64,000 bases of DNA, from contig OX597819.1 of assembly GCA_951406725.2 (NCBI GenBank), positions 77,996,001-78,060,000 on the forward strand, in the 5' to 3' direction. A model generated the notes under the pieces. It saw only the letters and a list, made by a program, of their open reading frames with translations, made no database searches and had not been told where the DNA came from. Positions 29,327-45,127 of this stretch are shown piece after piece. Position 1 is the first letter of the stretch. Every line of letters begins with the position of its first letter. The position numbers and the translations under genes are program-made. This stretch comes from Octopus vulgaris. Lineage: Eukaryota.

Positions 29327-29567
29327 AGAGTATTGTAGTTCGCTTGAAGCATTGTGTATTGTTTGTAAAGAGTAAAAAGTTTTGAATGGTACAACAATGC
29401 ACCATAATACAGACAATGGGCTATATACCTGTTAGTAATCTAGTCATCCATAGTCTGATATGACATTTCGGACGAAATATCATATCACATTATGGATGAC
29501 TAAATTACAACAGGTATATAGCCCATTGTCTATATTATAGTGCATTGTTGTACCATTCAAAACTTTT

Positions 29568-29572
<5 letters not shown>
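29325..29572. mobile_element. (TA)n-flanked palindromic fold-back element ('GGAGAGTATT' family)
   Basis: Arms 29373-29470 and 29473-29569 with a ~2 nt loop; centre tttcg-ga-cgaaa. Confidence 0.85.
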
Positions 29573-29645
<73 letters not shown>

Positions 29646-30255
29646 GGTTAGAAAGAAAGTCCTGTCGCATTTGAACTTGAGAACCAAATTGATATATTTA
29701 ATCAAGATAATAATTTCGCTTCATTATTAATAACATAATTCTATTTGGCAAATTGTTGAACCCGCCGGTGTAGAGGTTCTTTTTTTCTTTTTTTCAAATT
29801 ACGAAGACAAAAAAAAAAGAGAAAAAGAGTGAAAAGATGGAGCAAAGTCAGAAAGATAAGGAGGATGAAACAAAACATTCATATTTAGTGCCATAATATT
29901 TTCCTAAGTGGTTTCGGCAATATGTGGTTTTGCATTATCATAAGATGATGATGGGGCGGGGGGGGGGGGGTGACTGGATAGTGGAAAGTGTATTTTTTTG
30001 TTTTAATTGAACTAAGTTTTTTATTATATCACCTATCACTTGACACATGCGCATAAGGGCAATTCCGGGAAATATTCACCCTTACTTGCGTGGCAGATAT
30101 ATGCAATTTAACTAAAGGTTGTATCATATGTGCGGATTTTTTTTTCTTGTTTATGGGGGAAATGGAAAAATAAGAGGGAATACTTATTTTATGAGTGCTG
30201 TGTATTAAGGCTATAAAATTGTGTATAAAGTATATATATAAAGTGCATTAAGTAT

Positions 30256-30429
30256 AGGTGCAGGAGTGGCTGTGTGGTAAGTAGCTTGCTTACCAACCAC
30301 ATATGGTTCCGCGTTCAGTCCCACTGCGTAACATCTTGGGCAAGTGTCCTCTACTATAGTTTCGAGCCGACCAAAGCCTTGTGAGTGGATTTGGTTGTCG
30401 GAAACTGAAAGAAGCCTGTCGTATATATG

Positions 30430-30470
<41 letters not shown>

Positions 30471-30667
30471 TTGTCCCCCTGACATCGTTTGACAACCGAT
30501 GCTGGTGTGTTTACATCGCCGTAACTTAGCGGTTCGGCAAAAGAGATCGATATAATAAGTACTAGGCTTACAGAGAATAAGTCTTGGGGTCGATTTGCTT
30601 GACTAAAAGGCGGTGCTCCAGCATGGCCTCAGTCAAATGTCTGAAACAAGTAAAAGAGTAAAAGAGA
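30256..30667 (+). mobile_element. SINE family A
   Basis: Full length. Confidence 0.9.
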
Positions 30668-30669
30668 AA

Positions 30670-31330
30670 GTAATCATCGTATTCCAATTTCTTTCATTTT
30701 TTCAATGAGTAGCAGATGTGCGACTATCTTTTGATACAGGCTACGCTTTCGGGTTTTCTTGATAAAGTTTTCAGAAATAATCAATAGGTTTGCCATTAAT
30801 TCTGTGAAACATTCATAGGTCCCGATAGTTATGATGATTCTACTTCAGAAATATCCGATAGCAAGTCTATTCTTCAATGATGTACATAAGGCAACTCTTT
30901 ACGCTGAAGAGCAATCAGATGGCGAGAGACCTGCTGATCAAGTTTAGACACTTTTCTTAAATCATAAAGGTGTTTTATGATTGAAGTATGACTTGAATTC
31001 AAACGTTTTGCTAAATTTCGTGCAGTTTTTAGATTTTCCACCTCTACAATTTTCAAAAGCTCAATATTGACAGAATCGTCCAGATCGAGAGGAATCTACG
31101 AGAGAAAGATTTCCAGGATGGAAACCATCCAAACCATCGTTGGTGTGTCCGGATACTTAAAGTTTCATTTCCATAGAAGGAACGAATATTTTTTTGCCAC
31201 TTCCATTGCTGAAGAGTGTTTGAATTCATATGGGACGTGGTGTTTGATATAGGTTTGATTTAAACTTATTTCAAAAGAGTAAAATCGATATGACTTTAAC
31301 CATAAACAGGTGGTGCAGGAGTTCTAGAGG
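30670..31330 (-). pseudogene. Decayed mariner transposase N-terminal fragment
   Basis: TARNLAKRLNSSHTSIIKHLYDLRKVSKLDQQVSRHL resembles the mariner second HTH followed by the WVPH.L motif. Confidence 0.65.
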
Positions 31331-31429
31331 TTGCAGATGATGGTAGTATCAAACTCACGACTCGGAGCAGCGCAGAAAGCTGATCAATACAAAGGTTTTG
31401 TATAAAATTCGTAGAACATTCGCTTATAT

Positions 31430-31695
<266 letters not shown>

Positions 31696-32228
31696 GTGTA
31701 TATATCTGCTTATGTTTGTGCGTGCTTATGTTTGTGTGTGTATATGTGTGTGTTGTGTGTGTGAGAGAGAGAGAGAGAGAAAGTGTGCGCGCGTGCGTAC
31801 TTGCGTGCGTATTTGAGCCTGTAACTGATGAAATTTATGTATTTATTTATTTATGTATTTATTTATTTTCATTCCAATGAATTGAACACAGAGAATCACT
31901 ATTGGTGAAACGACAATCATTTCAAGAGGTCAGTCACCTGACTCATCATTTAACCTCATCAAATGGTCAGACACCATCTGAAAAAGGTCAAATGATGTCT
32001 GACCACTTCCGGCAAAAGTTGACAAATTACTATAGATTATAGTGAACCAATCCGACCACAATTGAGTGATGACGATGTCTTTGATTTATCTCTAGAAGGT
32101 CATGTGATATCCATTATAAGCATGCAGGCGATATATAATAATAACATTTGCTGTTATTCTGACTGTAAATATGCGAATGAAATGCTTGAGCTTCTGATTT
32201 GTGGAGGCGTATGCTTATGTGTGTATGC

Positions 32229-32267
<39 letters not shown>

Positions 32268-32516
32268 CACATACATACACACCACTAACATATATATGTG
32301 TGTGTGCGTGCGTATTTATATACATATATGCGTATGTGTATACATATGTGTATATATATATATATATACATACATACATACATACACACGCACATATATA
32401 TATATGCATATGTACATATATTATGTACGTATCTAATGTGTGCGTGTATATGTATATATATATATGTGTGTGTGTAGAGAGAGAGAGAGGGAAGGAGAGA
32501 GAGACGAAGATATATA

Positions 32517-32564
<48 letters not shown>

Positions 32565-33068
32565 TATATGCATGTATGTGCATATTTGCATATATGTACG
32601 TATATATAGATATAGATATATATTGTTTGTTTGTGTGTGTGTATGAGTGTGTTTGAATTTCTGTTGATTCGCCGAGAAGAGATAGATTACTTGATTCAAT
32701 ACGTGAATGTAGAGTATTCTCCAATACGTACGAATTGAAAGGCTAATAATTTCCTGTACTCCGAGTTTCACATTTCTGCGGTTTCAGAGCGTAATCCAAG
32801 CCTGTTTACTCTTGAATTAACTGTTATTTGAATATGTTTCGTTTTAAAATATTTCACAATTGCTATCAATCACTATTTTTTTTCTCTAAGCTGTGACCGC
32901 TATTCTTATGTACGTGTGTGTATGTATTGTGCGTACGTGTGTGTTTGTATGTGCTTGTGTGCGTGTATACGTGTGTGTGTGTCTGATGTATGTACGGATA
33001 TCTCAATATCTGTTGAAACTTATGACGCGTGTTTTCTTCAGTTAATAGGAATATAACTTTCATTCGTA

Positions 33069-33228
33069 TACGAGGATCGAAGATCATAGGCTAACCAAGA
33101 TATTCTCAGGGAATGACCAAATAAGGTTTGTTTTTCTCAACATAGCTCCCCTACCCCCACCCAACACCTGCGGTCCACAGACTTCTTCCATCGGTGTGGC
33201 AGTGCTTGGATCCCACTGGTGAAGAAAC
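33069..33228 (-). mobile_element. Mariner 3' end fragment with right TIR remnant
   Basis: Minus strand reads GIQALPHRWKKSVDR..YVEK; terminus tacgagg. Confidence 0.7.
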
Positions 33229-33472
33229 TTTGGTTGTTTCAGGTTTAATAAACCTCCTTATGTTCGAAATTGGAATTTCATAACTTCATGGTAATCCCTG
33301 AAAGTTTGCTGAAGCATCACTGAAAAAGATATGGTAAAAAAAGTACGGGGGCTAAAACAAATCCCTGTTTGGTTCCCGTGGCAACAGAAAATGCCTCTGA
33401 ACAGTGACTCCTGGATGTCACTGTTGCTATCATTCCTTTATACAGGGATACTATTACCTTTATTATTTTATC

Positions 33473-33890
33473 AGGCGCAGGAGTGGCTGTGTGGTAAGTA
33501 GCTTGCTAACCAACCACATGGTTCCGGGTTCAGTCCCACTGCGTGGCATCTTGGGCAAGTGTCTTCTGCTATATAGCCCCGGGCCGACCAATGCCTTGTG
33601 AGTGGCTTTGGTAGACGGAAACTGAAAGAAGCCTGTCGTATATATGTATATATATATAAGTGTGTGTGTATATGTTTGTGTGTCTGTGTTTGTCTCTCCC
33701 AACATCGCTTGACAACCGATGTTGGTGTGTTTACGTCCCCGTCACTTAGCGGTTCGGCAAAAGAGACCGATAAAATAAGTACTGGGCTTACAAAGAATAA
33801 GTTCCGGGGTCGATTTGCTCGACTAAAGGCGGTGCTCCAGCATGGCCGCAGTGAAATGACTGAAACAAGTAAAAGAGTAAAGAGTAAGAG
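33473..33890 (+). mobile_element. SINE family A
   Basis: Full length, close to consensus. Confidence 0.92.
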
Positions 33891-34104
33891 TAAGTCCAGC
33901 TTTTGACAAAATTTTTCTGAGCGCCTCACGACTCACGACTCACTATTTCAAAGGCCTTGAGTCAAATGGTCAAAGACTATGTACAAGTTAGTATTTTGTT
34001 CACGTGTTTTCTCTTGAACTTGTCGGAGGGCAAATATCATACCAATTATGCCTCTCGCAGTCCGAAATCTACATTGGGATTCAGGATATAATGCTGTTTA
34101 TTAT

Positions 34105-34345
34105 ACGCTGATGCTGTTCGAACAAAAAAAATGACCGCATTCCCAAAACTCTTCTGTATGTGCAAACAAGTGGAGGGATTTCGTGGCAAAGGAAGACCTC
34201 TCCTTAGGTGTGAGGATAAGTTGAAGCAATCACTAAAATCTCAACAACTTAACTTGACATCTTGGGAAAATCATTGTCTATCTCGATCTGCATGACGTAA
34301 AATGTGTCACGATGCATCCAAACAATTTGAGTTGAAGAAAAAGAA
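34105..34345 (+). pseudogene. RTE-clade non-LTR C-terminal fragment
   Basis: DRIPKTLLY / EGFRGKGRPLLRCEDKLKQSLK..WENHCLSRSA*RKMC..FE matches the RTE motif R.PK.LLYG..G.R..GRP..R.KD..K...WE..A.DR..WR. Confidence 0.75.
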
Positions 34346-34357
34346 TAATAGACGAAC

Positions 34358-34428
<71 letters not shown>

Positions 34429-34440
34429 ACATCATCATCA

Positions 34441-34506
<66 letters not shown>

Positions 34507-34596
34507 TTGCTGCGGAGTACATAATAGACGAACTATTATTATTGTTGTTGTTGTTGTTGTCGTCGTCGTTGCTGCTGCTGCTGTTGTTGTTATTCA

Positions 34597-37841
<3,245 letters not shown>

Positions 37842-37865
37842 TCATCATCATCATTATTATTATTA

Positions 37866-38230
37866 TTCAGTAGTTTTATTTTTATAACGTACTTTTACTG
37901 CACTACCGAGCGCAGCCCGGTGTGCCTTAGGTATGTGCTGTGGTTTGTTGTGATGCTCTTATTTTTACTGTAGTGAAAGTGTTTTACGTAGGATGTGTGC
38001 AGTGCCCAGTAGTGCAATTTTCTGTATGTTATATATATTTGTTAGTCCTGGTGTTTTTGCTATGTATCTTTCTGAATATTTTTTTATCATGCCTAATGCA
38101 CCGACTATGATAGGAATTGTTTCCGTTTTTAGACTCTACATTCGAGCTACCTCTATTTCCATGTCTTTGTTTTTTGAAAGTTTCTCCATTTCTTTTAGAG
38201 AAACGTTATCATCTGTTGGGATTGATACAT
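37866..38230 (-). mobile_element. R4/Dong-like non-LTR 3' end (RLE C-terminus plus 3' UTR) in a (TAA)n/(CAA)n tract
   Basis: Minus strand: VSIPTDDNVSLKEMEKLSKNKDMEIEVARM*SLKTETIPIIVGALGMIKK..IQKIALLGTAHILRKTL, then AATAAA and (TAA)n. Confidence 0.88.
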
Positions 38231-38264
38231 TATTATTGTTGTTGTTGTTGTTATTATTGTTGTC

Positions 38265-38309
<45 letters not shown>

Positions 38310-38818
38310 CATCAGCTATCTGAAGAACTGCTGCATCCCCTCTCTCCTCTCCTTCCACCATAAAAGGAGGATATCATTATTTGTATGTTTCACACAATTA
38401 TTTTTTTCGCTGGCATTTTCTTCTCGTCAGCAATTGTTATTGTCAGTCCATCAAAATAAATTACATACCATTTAAGTGATAATTCGATTTCCTTTTCTTT
38501 TTTTTTTCGTCATTTTCTTTCTTTTTTTTTTTTTTTTTTTTGCTTTAATACAGTTTTTAATACCTTCATAGATTATGTTCCGCAGGTGTTATGCTATAAT
38601 AAACTCATTAGTGATTTTACAGTTTTAGATGAAAACAAAGATAATATAAAATAGCTCGTCTTTGAAGGACACTATGATAGCACTGAAGACTGGAAACACC
38701 CTCATACGTTTTTTATAAAAGTAGTTAATATGGAATGGAATAATGCAAAGAAAAATTTTTGAGTGCATAAATACATTTTGAGTGCATAAATACATTGTTG
38801 TTTGTTCCTTCTCGAGCA

Positions 38819-39096
38819 ATGCCTAGCTCATAAGGGCTGGTTTCCCGATTTCCTTGGCGTATAGGTTCCCCACCTGGACGGAACACCGGTCCGTCGCAGA
38901 TAAGCTGCTAGATACAGGAGGAAAGAGTGAGAGAAAGTTGTTGCGAAAGAGTCAGAAGTTCGCCATTACCTTCTACCGGAGCCGCGTGGAGCTTAGGTGT
39001 TTCGCTCATAAACACACACATCAACCCGTCTGAGATTCGAACCCGCGATCCCTCGACCGCGAGTCCGCTGCTCCAACCACTTGGTTATGTGCTTCC
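38819..39096 (-). mobile_element. SINE family C, tail type 2
   Basis: Matches 26304-26563. Confidence 0.9.
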
Positions 39097-39147
39097 ACTC
39101 ATAAATACATACTAAATACATACATACATACATTTATATATGTGTGC

Positions 39148-39184
<37 letters not shown>

Positions 39185-39185
<1 letters not shown>

Positions 39186-39842
39186 TCAAAATAAGCAACA
39201 AGACTGACTCCAGTAATTTGGTACGATCGTTTCGTACTACATCATTTTATTAAATGTTGTAGGAGAACTAGGTCAATGTCAATTGACCTAGTTCTCCTAA
39301 CACCAAATCTGTTCATCAAATAGTAGTAATTGGCATTTAGTTGTGACAATGCTGTCTTCTACATAAATTCCTTATATGAAGCTATGACATCCCCTTTACC
39401 CCATTTCAATAATTAGAAAATCTTTATTGTCTCCTTTCATTTGTTCTTCCCTCTCAGAACCTTACAGTAGTCTGGGACAACTGAATCTTAGTTAGTCAGT
39501 TGATGGGCTCCACTACCTCAAATGTTCTTAAAATTTAAATCCACATCTTTGTCTATGTATCTACCTTCTCTATAATGTTGCTAATTGATGTGAAAATGTT
39601 TGTATTAATGGAAAACCTCTATAATTGGCTGATGAGTGCTCAGCATTTTAAAACTGTTGTAATACTTACAACGTTTAATAAAATGATGTAGTACGAAACG
39701 ATCGTACCAAATTACCGGAGTCATTCTTGTTGCTTATTTTGATAATAATCACCCCACGGATTTTTATGGATAACACCATACAGAATTCTGGTGCATCTAA
39801 ATTAAGTACCATATTCATTTGAATCTAAATTTTTGCTGAACT
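39185..39842 (+). mobile_element. (TA)n-flanked non-coding element with hammerhead ribozyme and inverted 5' copy (Penelope-like pLTR or retrozyme-like)
   Basis: 39186-39261 is the reverse complement of 39667-39742 (3 differences in 76). Perfect 18 bp hairpin at the junction. Canonical hammerhead. Confidence 0.8.
39625..39710 (+). ncRNA. Type I hammerhead ribozyme with short palindromic stem III
   Basis: ttgg-CTGATGA-gtgct...agtac-GAAA-cgatcg-TA-ccaa. All core nucleotides canonical; long extended stem II; predicted cleavage after GUA (39706). Confidence 0.8.
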
Positions 39843-39859
39843 TATATATATATATATAA

Positions 39860-40252
39860 TTAAAATATTAAAAAATTTTAAATATAGGGTAAAAATTAAA
39901 TATTAATTTTTTTACCAGTGTCCAGCATCAGTAAAATGTCCGTAGACTGCAAATATTATTATATTATATTGACTGAGGGTAATCCTCTAAGAGGTTTTCC
40001 ATCACGCTAGAAATGAGCTATAGACAGTATAATGCATTGATTGATAAATTAATTAATTAGTGTATTCAATCGTTAAGGGCGGAACTTCGAAGTATGGGAA
40101 TGACTAATCATTTTTGAATTCTCTCAAATTGTCCTGCCCGCCTACATTCAAGTTGCCAAAATAAGAATAGCTTTTTCGTGGTTTGGGATTTAACTCTCAT
40201 TTCTAGCGTGAAGGAAAACCACTTAGCGGCTTTCTCTTAGTGAATAACTCTT
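39860..40252. repeat. Fold-back element with ~46 bp inverted arms
   Basis: 39972-40017 vs 40196-40242 (ggttttcc[a/t]tcacgctagaaatgag); microsatellite flanks. Confidence 0.65.
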
Positions 40253-40271
40253 ATACACACATATAATATAA

Positions 40272-40325
<54 letters not shown>

Positions 40326-40364
40326 AAATAGATAGATAGATAGACAGATAGTCAGAGATGTGTA

Positions 40365-40417
<53 letters not shown>

Positions 40418-40918
40418 GCATATATATATATATACATATATATATATAGTTGTATTTCGGGATAGTAATTTTTTTTGCCAAATAAACACACGCACTATAT
40501 ATTTTTTCTTCACTCATTTATTATTGTTTTTATTTTAACTCATGTCCATTGTCCGGATGGGATTAAAAAGCTTGTAAATAGATGGAAGGAAGTCACAGAT
40601 AATCAGGGAAAGTACATTGATGGTTAAATTTCAATTAAATATAACATTTGCTCACTTGTTTTCTTTATTCGAAATTCGGACAGAACTTATGGGTTGACCT
40701 GATATATTTATTACATATAATAGTATATGAAATATACACGGAGAGAAAACCACCATTTGGATTTCTTACATGCTAAAAATGGCAGTCAAAGCTCAAAATC
40801 ACGAAAAACATTCTTACATTAAAGCATGTTGTTTGTACGTGAGCAAGACATTTGAGTGAATGAAAACTTCAGTTAACCTTATACTCATGAATTTCACCCT
40901 TAATGACCAAATAACTCA

Positions 40919-41287
40919 ACTAATAAGGTGATTAATTGATTAATTAGTCATCTGTAGCTCGTCAGTATGATCGCTCTAACATGTATAAATATGAGACTAC
41001 AATACGTATCACTGATATAAATTATTTAATAATTTTTACTCTTGTATTTATAAAGTTAAATATTTAAATTCTTCGACCGGATAGTATGTTTGAATTTATT
41101 CGCCACTATACTACTCTGGCTTGGCTTGTTGCTTTGAAGGAATTCGATTTGAATTCTTGATGTATAAGATGGAACTGAATGCACATGCGTTTACTTTGTA
41201 CATATTGTAGTCTTATATTTATACCTTTTACAGCGACCATTCTGACAAGCTACAGTGACTAATTAATAAATTAATTAACTTATTAGT
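40919..41287. repeat. Inverted repeat, ~90 bp arms and ~190 bp spacer
   Basis: ttaattagtcatctgtagctcgtcagtatgatcgct..gtataaatatgagactacaata vs its reverse complement at 41199-41287. Confidence 0.75.
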
Positions 41288-41619
41288 CATTTTAATTAAC
41301 TTATAATTAATTATTATTTTACCTTGTATGTATTCTTAGTGCAAGTTTTGAAGAGTGCAGTTCGATTTTAAGTTACTTTTCAAAGTTATAAATGGAGGTG
41401 ACAAAGGAGCATATTCGGCATATTTTGCTTTATGAGTTCAATAAAAGCAACAACGCAACGGAAACTGCAAGGAATATTAATGTAGTATATTGGGATCAGA
41501 CAATAAACGTAAGCCAGTGTCAATGGTGGTTCCAGAAAGAATGGTACTAATAACGGTGGCAGTGATGGATGTAGTGGTGGTATGTTAATAACGAGGGGGA
41601 TAATGGTAGGAGTCAAGGA

Positions 41620-42210
41620 GGTGCTGGTGGTGGTCGTCGTCGTTGTCGTGGGTCGTGGTGGCGCTATATAATGGCAGCATCGATAGCTCGAGTGGTATCG
41701 AGACGTTGGCGATGGTCATTATGGTAAGGTGACGGGAAACGTATTGCGAGTTGCATTTGTAGCTATAATGCTGGTGGTGGCGGTGGCGGTGGCGGTGGCG
41801 GCGGCGGTGGCAGCGGTAGCGGCGGCGGTGGTGGCAGCGGTAGCGGCGGCGGTGGTGGCAGCGGTGGGAGTGAGGTGGTAATGGGGGTGTTAGTAGGGGT
41901 GATGCTGGTGGTGAAAACGGCGATAGTGGCGGTGGCGGCGGCGGTGGTGGTGGTGGGAGTGGTGAGGTTATAGTAGTGGTGAAGATGTCGGTGATGGGCA
42001 GTGATATTGTAGTCGTGTAGCTATGGTGATGGTGTGATGTGGTATGTCGACGAGGCTAGGGTGGTTGTAGCTGCGGGGAATGGTAGTGATGGGTGTAGTG
42101 CTTGGTAGAGGTAGTGATGTTGTTGTTAAGGGTGCGGGAGGAGGATGGGAGTGATCGTGGAGGTAGTGGTGGTGGTGGTGATAGTGGTGGTGGTAGTGGT
42201 AGTGGCAGGT
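41620..42210. repeat. Degenerate (GGT)n/(GGC)n low-complexity tract
   Basis: Visible. Confidence 0.85.
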
Positions 42211-42554
42211 GTCGATGGGGCAGTGATCATGATACTAATCATGTTGATACTGATCAAAATGACAGTGTGGTCAATCTCCCACCACACTTAAACCGTCTCA
42301 AGTAATGGCAGCTGAAATGACCATTGCCCATCTATATTTAGGCATAATGGTCGGAGAAATATGGCGATATTGTGACCGGTTCAGTCATGCGTTTATCTGC
42401 ACATTCAACACACTAAATGTTTTATGATAAAACATATATCAACAGCATCAGTGGCAGGAGGAAAAGAAACGACAGTTCAAATAGCAACAACATCAATGAG
42501 GGAGTTATGCGGTGGAACTGCTAGAAATTGCAGCCAAATGTCGTTTATATCGAA

Positions 42555-42905
42555 CCTTTTATTCACTCAAGCTCTTTGTTCCTAATGGAATATAGACCAC
42601 TGATGAGTTTCTCCAGTGTTTTCCATTCTGAGTTGTCTGTCCTTCCCATAAGGGATGACCGTTCTCTCCTAGATTTTGTTGGTTTTGAATTGCCATCGGC
42701 GCTTCGGTAACTGCTTTTTTTTTTATCTAGGTTGAAGTTTTGGCGTTTCGCAAACCTACTTTTTCTTCTGTGAAGAGGTAATCCATATTAGTCTGGCCTC
42801 TATCCTTTGATAGATGCTAGACTAATAGCCACCTGTACCTTGTGCTCCACTAGCGTAATTCACATAGGCATTGAGACGCACAAGCCACCGCAGCGCAACA
42901 CAGAC
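42555..42905 (-). mobile_element. Possible short internally deleted RTE-derived element
   Basis: Minus-strand end gtggtctatattccattaggaacaaagagcttgagtgaataaa resembles RTE 3' ends; the start gtggcttgtgcgtctcaatgcc resembles RTE 5' UTRs (recalled similarity only). Confidence 0.35.
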
Positions 42906-42974
42906 TGGACTTCGAGGTGGTTGAATTGAACTAAATATCTTGAAAATGTGAAGGACTTATTGGATAATGCAGTC

Positions 42975-43865
42975 GTAGATTAAATCTGAAAGATTAAATC
43001 TGATGGCAGAAAATTACCACAAGATGACGCCATTAGATCACTAAGAAATAATGAAGGATACAAGTAACTAAGAGTGATACAGGACGAGGTAATAGAAAGA
43101 GAAATAAGAAAGAAAGTTTCGAAAGTGTAGATGAGAAGGACTAGGAAGTTTCTCGAAACAAAACTAAATAGAAGAAATGCTACAATGGCAGTCAATACAG
43201 GTGTCATCCTAATATTATGGTTCTCTGCTCTTTTCCTAAAAAGACAAAGACAGAGATAGAGAAATTAAGTAGAGGAACTAGAGAGATGTTCACAATGTAC
43301 AATGTGAATCAGCCTAAAAGTAATATCGATAGTCTCTACATACAATGAAAGAAAGTGGACAGAGGTTTGTTAAACGCCACATTATGGTGTCTTCTGACAT
43401 CATAAGTACTCTGAAATTGGGTTCGAAAATCTATGCGTATAACAGAGAAAGAATGTTATTTAGCGCCAGGAATATCGCAAAAGGCACTTGGACAGTAATG
43501 GAATTCGAGAGCAGAAAGAAGAACAACAGGACAAATAGCTGAAGTACATTGTCAAATATCATGCAACAAGCCGTATATATTGAAAGTAAGGAACTCTAAT
43601 TGTGGCTGACAGATAGGAACCTGAAATCAGTAACTCAACTGCTAATTATAGCTGCTCAGAAACAAGTCATTAGAACCTAACTTGCTGAAGACAAAGATTA
43701 ATGAAACTCAGTCTGTGAGCAACCACAGACACAGTGGAAAAGGAAAGAAGATATTAATTAACTTTTAAGCAAATACAATAATCTAGCGCAATAAGAGTAT
43801 AAACGGAAACATTTAGATGTTAGCAGAGTGTGTGGATTCAGAGTGAGAGAAAAAGTTATGAACAC
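42975..43865 (+). pseudogene. Decayed R4/Dong-like non-LTR RT fragment
   Basis: IRSLRNNEGYK*LRV, RRTRKFLETKLNRRN..AVNT, PKSNIDSLYI, WLTDRNLKSVTQLLIIAAQKQVIRT. Confidence 0.75.
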
Positions 43866-43974
43866 GAGTGAAAGGCTGCGATGGTGCATACTAGAGACAG
43901 GACAAAGCATTTTGCCCGGCGTGCTAACGATTCTTCCAGCTCGCTGCTTTAATGCTAATAATAATAATAATAAC

Positions 43975-44040
<66 letters not shown>

Positions 44041-44041
<1 letters not shown>

Positions 44042-44523
44042 TTGTTTTGTCTTGGTATAAAAGATGGGCTACAGCAAATATTCTGCTCAATACCACAGAT
44101 TTGCTTGTCAGTTGTTTGACCATAACCAGTTGAGCATGTCTCTTAGTGGCTGACGATATGTGCATCTCTGATCACGCGCAGAAGTAGTGGGGGGAGCATC
44201 ATAGCCGTATGTTGAGAGGGATTGTTTGGGGTTAGAATAATTCACCTCTGGAAACATGGGTGTTTCGTTCAACCTCCTTAAACAACCCTTATTCAGGGAC
44301 CTTTCGAGTGGGATGGGTTACTCGACCTGAGAAAATTCTAACTGGGCCCCACCTGCAAGGTCATGTGCTGTTTATCTTGATATGAGATCACCATGTCGCG
44401 CACATATGGTTGTGATGCATGTGCCTAGTGTACCCTTATCAGACGGGTAGTCATGATGGGTATATTGGGCTTCGTATATTTTACCCCAGTGTCACTTTGA
44501 TGGCATGAACTGCTCTCTCACTC
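44041..44523 (+). mobile_element. ~480 bp non-coding insert within (TAA)n, probable 3' UTR of a microsatellite-targeting non-LTR element
   Basis: Complex sequence bounded by pure (TAA)n on both sides, ending ctctcactc-(aat)n. Confidence 0.5.
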
Positions 44524-44648
<125 letters not shown>

Positions 44649-44781
44649 AACGACAACAACAGCAACATCAACAACAACTATTTCCACAAGATGGACCAAC
44701 TGGAAAGTTATAAAATTTATTTCTTTTCACATCTAGTATAGGAAAAAAGCATGTAATAACAGAATGAGATGATAGATGGAT

Positions 44782-44874
<93 letters not shown>

Positions 44875-45127
44875 TTGGTGTTAGGAATGGCGTATGTGTG
44901 TGTGTTTGCGTGTGTATATGTATGTCAATAGGGGGAAGTAATCTAGAACGAATCCGTGAATTTAACATCTAGCAGCTTTATCGCAACGACCAATGACATG
45001 TACCCTCTTCCGTAATATTTTCTAGGATAGGTTCATATTCACTAATATTTGACAGAGACGTGCGGTCAGTTGAATTGCACCCAGTACATGGTTATTATAT
45101 AAATTGTAGACATCACAAGGACAAAAG

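Noticed and set aside
29642-29675. attaggttagaaagaaagtcctgtcgc as the TIR of the 30.7-31.3 kb mariner
   Set aside because: Mariner-like start, but no matching partner TIR found.
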